This document shows, piece by piece, positions 56,591 to 64,000 of a stretch of 64,000 nucleotides of DNA (position 1 is the stretch's first letter; each line of letters starts with the position of its first letter). Made by a program: the position numbers and the translations under genes. This stretch comes from Thermoanaerobaculia bacterium (GTDB taxonomy: Bacteria; Acidobacteriota; Thermoanaerobaculia; Multivoradales; Multivoraceae), in contig OY762911.1 in assembly GCA_963666565.1 (NCBI GenBank), forward strand, positions 3,392,001-3,456,000. The letters are read 5' to 3'. Under the pieces are notes generated by a model, which searched no databases, had not been told where the DNA came from, and saw nothing but the letters and a program-made list of their open reading frames with translations.

Positions 56591-57910
56591 ATGACTCGTT
56601 CCGCCCAAGCGTTTCGCCTGCTGACCGCGCTTCTCGCGGTCGCCTTTCTGAGCCTCGGTCTCGTCGCCTGCGACCAGAGCCGCGCCGACGTCCCGGTCGA
56701 GGGACCCCGCGACCTTGCGCGCGTGGCCCCTGAGACCGTCGGCATGTCGAGCGACCGGCTCGCGCGCCTCGACGACGCCATGCAGGGGCTCGTCGACGAC
56801 GGTCTGCTCGCCGGCATCACGACGATGATCTCGCGCCACGGCAAGGTCGCGCACTTCGGCACGTTCGGCCATCGCGACCTCGAGGCCGGTTCCGAGATGA
56901 CCGAGGACGTCATCTTCCGCATCTACTCGATGACCAAGCCGATCACCGGCGTCGCTCTGATGATCCTCTACGAGGAAGGCAAGTTCCGGCTCTCCGACCC
57001 GGTCCACCGCTACATCCCCGAGTTCGAGGGCCTGGTCGTCGCCAAGGAGGACGGGCCGAACGGCCAGCCGATCACCGAGCCGGCCGATCACCCGATGACC
57101 ATCCGCGAGCTGATGGCGCACACCGCCGGACTCAGCTACGGCATCTTCTCGGACACCCAGGTCGACGCGATGTACCGGGAGGCGGGCGTCATCGTCGACC
57201 CCGACCAGACCCTCAAGGGCATGATCGAGGCGCTGTCGGAGATCCCGCTGCTGTACCAGCCGGGCTCGAGATGGCACTACAGCGTCGCCGTCGACGTCCA
57301 GGGCTACCTGGTCGAGGTCCTGTCGGGCCAGCCCTTCGACGAGTTCCTGAACGAACGCCTGTTCGGCCCGCTGGGCATGAACGACACCGCGTTCCATGTA
57401 GCGGCCGACAAGGCGGACCGCTTCGCCCAGGTCTACACCCACGACGAGGACGGCAACCTGATGGCCCAGGAGGGCTTCGGCGGGCGCCGCAGCTACCTCG
57501 ATCCGCCCGCCCACCTCTCCGGCGGCGGCGGCCTGGTGTCCACCACGATGGACTACATGCGCTTCTCCCAGATGCTGCTGAACGGCGGCGAGCTGGACGG
57601 CGTCCGCATCCTCGCGCCCTCCACCGTCAAGCTGATGCACCTGAACCACCTGCCCCGCGAACTCAAGGAGATGTCGCCCGGCACCGGCTTCGGCCTGGAC
57701 TTCGCCGTCGTCCTCGACCCGGTCGCCGCCGACGGCATCTCGAAGGGAGAGTACTACTGGGGCGGCGCCGCCGGCACCTGGTTCTGGATCGATCCGAAGG
57801 AAGACCTCGTCTTCGTCGGAATGATCCAGCACTTCGGCCCGCGGCGACCCGACGTCCGCTCGCTGAGCCGGCGCCTCACCTACCAGGCGATCCTCGAACC
57901 GGCGTCGTAG
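56591..57910 (+). CDS. Serine hydrolase (beta-lactamase-like) lipoprotein
   Basis: Lipobox LVAC, SMTK, HTAGL, WHYS, WGGAAGT. Confidence 0.88.
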   Translation: MTRSAQAFRLLTALLAVAFLSLGLVACDQSRADVPVEGPRDLARVAPETVGMSSDRLARLDDAMQGLVDDGLLAGITTMISRHGKVAHFGTFGHRDLEAGSEMTEDVIFRIYSMTKPITGVALMILYEEGKFRLSDPVHRYIPEFEGLVVAKEDGPNGQPITEPADHPMTIRELMAHTAGLSYGIFSDTQVDAMYREAGVIVDPDQTLKGMIEALSEIPLLYQPGSRWHYSVAVDVQGYLVEVLSGQPFDEFLNERLFGPLGMNDTAFHVAADKADRFAQVYTHDEDGNLMAQEGFGGRRSYLDPPAHLSGGGGLVSTTMDYMRFSQMLLNGGELDGVRILAPSTVKLMHLNHLPRELKEMSPGTGFGLDFAVVLDPVAADGISKGEYYWGGAAGTWFWIDPKEDLVFVGMIQHFGPRRPDVRSLSRRLTYQAILEPAS

Positions 57911-57958
57911 CGAGCCGGCGGGAGGCCGCGGCCGTCAATCGACCGGCAACGACTCTCA

Positions 57959-58143
57959 GCCCGGCCCAAGGGCATGAAGGGGTCGGGTCCCAGGTGCCTC
58001 TGAACGAGCGACGGCCCAAGCAGCACGGGCACCGACGTCGAACCGGAGCGAGTGAAGCGGAGCGAGCGCAAACCCCACCCCCCTCTTCTCAAGCGCGAGC
58101 GTCAGCTGGGACCCGACCCCTTCATGCCCGCCCAAGGCCGGGC
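57959..58143 (+). mobile_element. Long-stem element family B, copy 3
   Basis: Perfect 24-bp arms 57970-57993 / 58106-58129 plus an outer 8-bp stem; core GGAGCGAGCGCAAAC...AAGCGCGAGCG. Confidence 0.6.
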
Positions 58144-58196
58144 GGGTGCGTCCGATGCCCGTCCGGACTGCTGTACAGGCATCCGACGCTCCGTCG

Positions 58197-59444
58197 CTAA
58201 CGCTTCGCCCGCTTGCCGAACATGATCCCCGCGACACGGCGGATCTGGATTTCCTCGGAGCCTTCCGTGATCCGGTACCGCCGGTGGTGGCGGTAGATGT
58301 GCTCGAACGGCATGTGCCGGGTGTAGCCGATGCCGCCGTGGGTCTGGATGGCGCGGTCGGCGGCGTTGCAGACGAGGCGGTTCGCGCGGTAGTTGCACAT
58401 GGAGACCTTGTCGGTGACTTCCATGTGGTGCTCCCGGTCGAGCTCCCAGGCCGTCTTGTAGACCAGGTTGCGGACCATCTCGCATTCGGTCTGGAGTTCG
58501 GCGAGGGGGAACTGGATCGCCTGGTTGAGCCATAGCGGTTTGCCGAAGACGGTCCGCTTGCGCGCATACTCGACGCTCCGGTCGATGCAGTACTGCGCCG
58601 CGCCGACGCCGGAGGCGGCCTGACGGATGCGGTTCTCGTGGACGAAGGTCTGGGCCAGCGCCAGGCCGCGGCCCTCTTCGCCGAGGATCGCCTCGTTCGG
58701 CACGCGCACCTCGGTCAAGGAGACCTCGGCGTGGTCGGTCGGCATGTTGAAGGTCCACCACATGAAGGGGACCTCGAAGCCCGGCGAGTCGGTCGGCACG
58801 ATGAAGCAGGTGACGCCGTCCGCCTTTCCCGGATCGCCCGAAGTGCGGGCGAAGATCAGGTCGTGTGTGGCCGCGTGAAGGCCCGAGTTGAACCGCTTGG
58901 CGCCGTTGATCACCCAGTCGTCGCCGTCGCGGATTCCGGAGGTCTCGAGCCAGGTCGCGTCCGAGCCGTGGTCGGGCTCGGTCAGGCCGAAGCCCATCCG
59001 CACCGCTCCGGTCATCATCCCCTCCATGAACCGCTCCTTCTGGTCGGGCGTTCCGAAGCGGTGCATCATGATGACGGTCGGGAAGTTGCCGACGATCGAG
59101 GACTCGTTCTGCAGGTCGTTGTGCAGGCCGAGGCCCTTCGCGGCCAGGTGCTCCCGGATCACCGCCATCGCCAGGTTCGAGCCGTCCTGGCCGCCGAGTT
59201 CCTTCGGCAGACCGAATCGGAGGTGGCCGGCGGCGTCGGCGCGGCGCTTCATCTCGCGCAGCAGCGCTTCCCACTCGGGCCGCGGCTTGCCGTCGTTCTC
59301 GAAGTCGGTCCGCGCCCACTCCCGGCGCTGGTCGAAGAAGCGGACGTTGTCGTCCTGCCGCTCCAGCGGCTTGATCTCGCGCTCGATGAAGTCGTCGAGC
59401 TCGGCCAGCTTGTCCCTGATGTCCTGGGGAATCTCGAAGTCCAT
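58197..59444 (-). CDS. Acyl-CoA dehydrogenase
   Basis: FGLTEPDHGSDA, NGAKRF, QTHGGIG, RITEGSEEIQ. Confidence 0.9.
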   Translation of the reverse strand: MDFEIPQDIRDKLAELDDFIEREIKPLERQDDNVRFFDQRREWARTDFENDGKPRPEWEALLREMKRRADAAGHLRFGLPKELGGQDGSNLAMAVIREHLAAKGLGLHNDLQNESSIVGNFPTVIMMHRFGTPDQKERFMEGMMTGAVRMGFGLTEPDHGSDATWLETSGIRDGDDWVINGAKRFNSGLHAATHDLIFARTSGDPGKADGVTCFIVPTDSPGFEVPFMWWTFNMPTDHAEVSLTEVRVPNEAILGEEGRGLALAQTFVHENRIRQAASGVGAAQYCIDRSVEYARKRTVFGKPLWLNQAIQFPLAELQTECEMVRNLVYKTAWELDREHHMEVTDKVSMCNYRANRLVCNAADRAIQTHGGIGYTRHMPFEHIYRHHRRYRITEGSEEIQIRRVAGIMFGKRAKR

Positions 59445-59483
59445 GGTTCTCCCGCTGCGACTGTCGGCGCGCCGGCCCTCCGG

Positions 59484-60398
59484 CTAACCGGCTGCCAGGT
59501 AGGCGTCGATGATCTCCCCCAGCCGTTCCGGCGCGTCGAAGTGGACCATGTGGCCCGCCTCCGGGATCTCGACGTGGTGAACGTTGCGGAACAGGCGCAC
59601 CCGGCGCTCGATCTCGTCGGGCGCCGCCGGGGTGTCGTGGTCGATGCCGCCGCGGCCCCGGTAGAAGTCGGCGGAACGGCCGCCGGTGACCACCAGCACC
59701 GGGCAGGTCACCCAGGGCCAGCGCTCCTCCGACAGCCGGCTCGACATCGTGAGCCCCGTCGTCTCGACCTGCGGGTCCCACTTCCACTGCAGGCCGCCGT
59801 GCGGGTGTTCGGTCGTGCCGATCTCCACCAGGTGCCGCGCCAGGTCGTGATCGAGCCCTGGATGGAATCGGCAGTACAGCCGCCAGGCGTCGTCCAGGTC
59901 CATCATCGGCCGCTTGTGGCCTCCCGGCCGCAGCAGGCTCGTGTGGCCGTTCTGCAGCCGGAACTGCCGGTCCTCCACCCGCATGTCGCCCTCGCGGAAG
60001 GGGGCGCCGACGCCGTCGATGTTGACGATCGCGCTCGGCACCTCGTTGAACACCGCCGCGTAGTGGCTGACGATGTGGCCGCCCAGGCTGTGGCCCACCA
60101 GCACCGGGCGTTCCAGTTGAAGATGAAACATCACGGCGTGGAGATCGGCGATGAAGTGCGGCAAGGCGTAAACGCCGGGCTTGCCGCTGTCGCCGTGGCC
60201 GCGCAGGTCGAAGGAGACGACCCGGTAGCGGTCGCGGAACCGGTTCGCCAGCGGCTCGAACGCCATCGCCAGGTCCTGCATCCCGTGCAGCAGGACGAGA
60301 GGCGGCGCGCCCTCGTTGCCGTAGTCGTAGACCTGCAGTTCGATGCCGCCCGCGCCGGACAGGCGCAGACTCCGGGGCGAAGACGGGTTTTCCGGCAT
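59484..60398 (-). CDS. Alpha/beta hydrolase
   Basis: [24 protein letters not shown]. Confidence 0.88.
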   Translation of the reverse strand: MPENPSSPRSLRLSGAGGIELQVYDYGNEGAPPLVLLHGMQDLAMAFEPLANRFRDRYRVVSFDLRGHGDSGKPGVYALPHFIADLHAVMFHLQLERPVLVGHSLGGHIVSHYAAVFNEVPSAIVNIDGVGAPFREGDMRVEDRQFRLQNGHTSLLRPGGHKRPMMDLDDAWRLYCRFHPGLDHDLARHLVEIGTTEHPHGGLQWKWDPQVETTGLTMSSRLSEERWPWVTCPVLVVTGGRSADFYRGRGGIDHDTPAAPDEIERRVRLFRNVHHVEIPEAGHMVHFDAPERLGEIIDAYLAAG

Positions 60399-60529
60399 GG
60401 CGCCCGAGGATACGCCAAGCACGGCGGACGTCCCGGCCCGGCCGGTCGAGGGCCCGCGTACCGGCGAGTCGTCCGCGCCGAGTACACTCCACCGCGCAGG
60501 CCCACCAACAGCCCGGAGAACCCGACGAG

Positions 60530-62581
<2,052 letters not shown>

Positions 62582-62617
62582 CCCGGGCCGCTCGGGAAGG
62601 GTGACCGCGACGCCGCG

Positions 62618-64000
<1,383 letters not shown>

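Noticed and set aside
56591-57910. Antibiotic-resistance beta-lactamase
   Set aside because: The motifs fit the broad esterase-like serine hydrolase family, and the context is not mobile.

Overview
GC-rich (~70%+) bacterial chromosomal segment, mostly housekeeping genes. Gram-negative (lpxB); an Acidobacteriota-like affiliation is only an inference from gene order. Contents in order: nrnA-like DHH gene-truB-rpsO-pnp; larC; radC; speB; two transporters; a thrC-like gene; a membrane pseudokinase; glycosyltransferases; the rpsA-ihfB-lpxB-yicC-gmk-rpoZ-coaBC-udg run; thyA-folA-queG; comM; M23-secA-guaB; rimO-ribF-trxA; and a catabolic region (acyl-CoA dehydrogenases, CoA ligase, hydrolases, tungsten-type AOR). 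No rRNA, tRNA, CRISPR array or transposase was seen. Two observations stand out. (1) An ORF missing from the ORF track (62618 to the window end) fuses a MoaD/ThiS ubiquitin-like domain in frame, through its GG motif, to an LvaA/ACAD10-type phosphotransferase, right after the AOR gene. (2) A dispersed ~175-185 bp intergenic element (3 clear copies) has long terminal stems that differ between copies but stay self-complementary around a conserved GAGCGAGCGC core, and co-occurs with a REP-like hairpin family with C(GNA)G loops. All calls come from reading motifs by eye; no searches were run.
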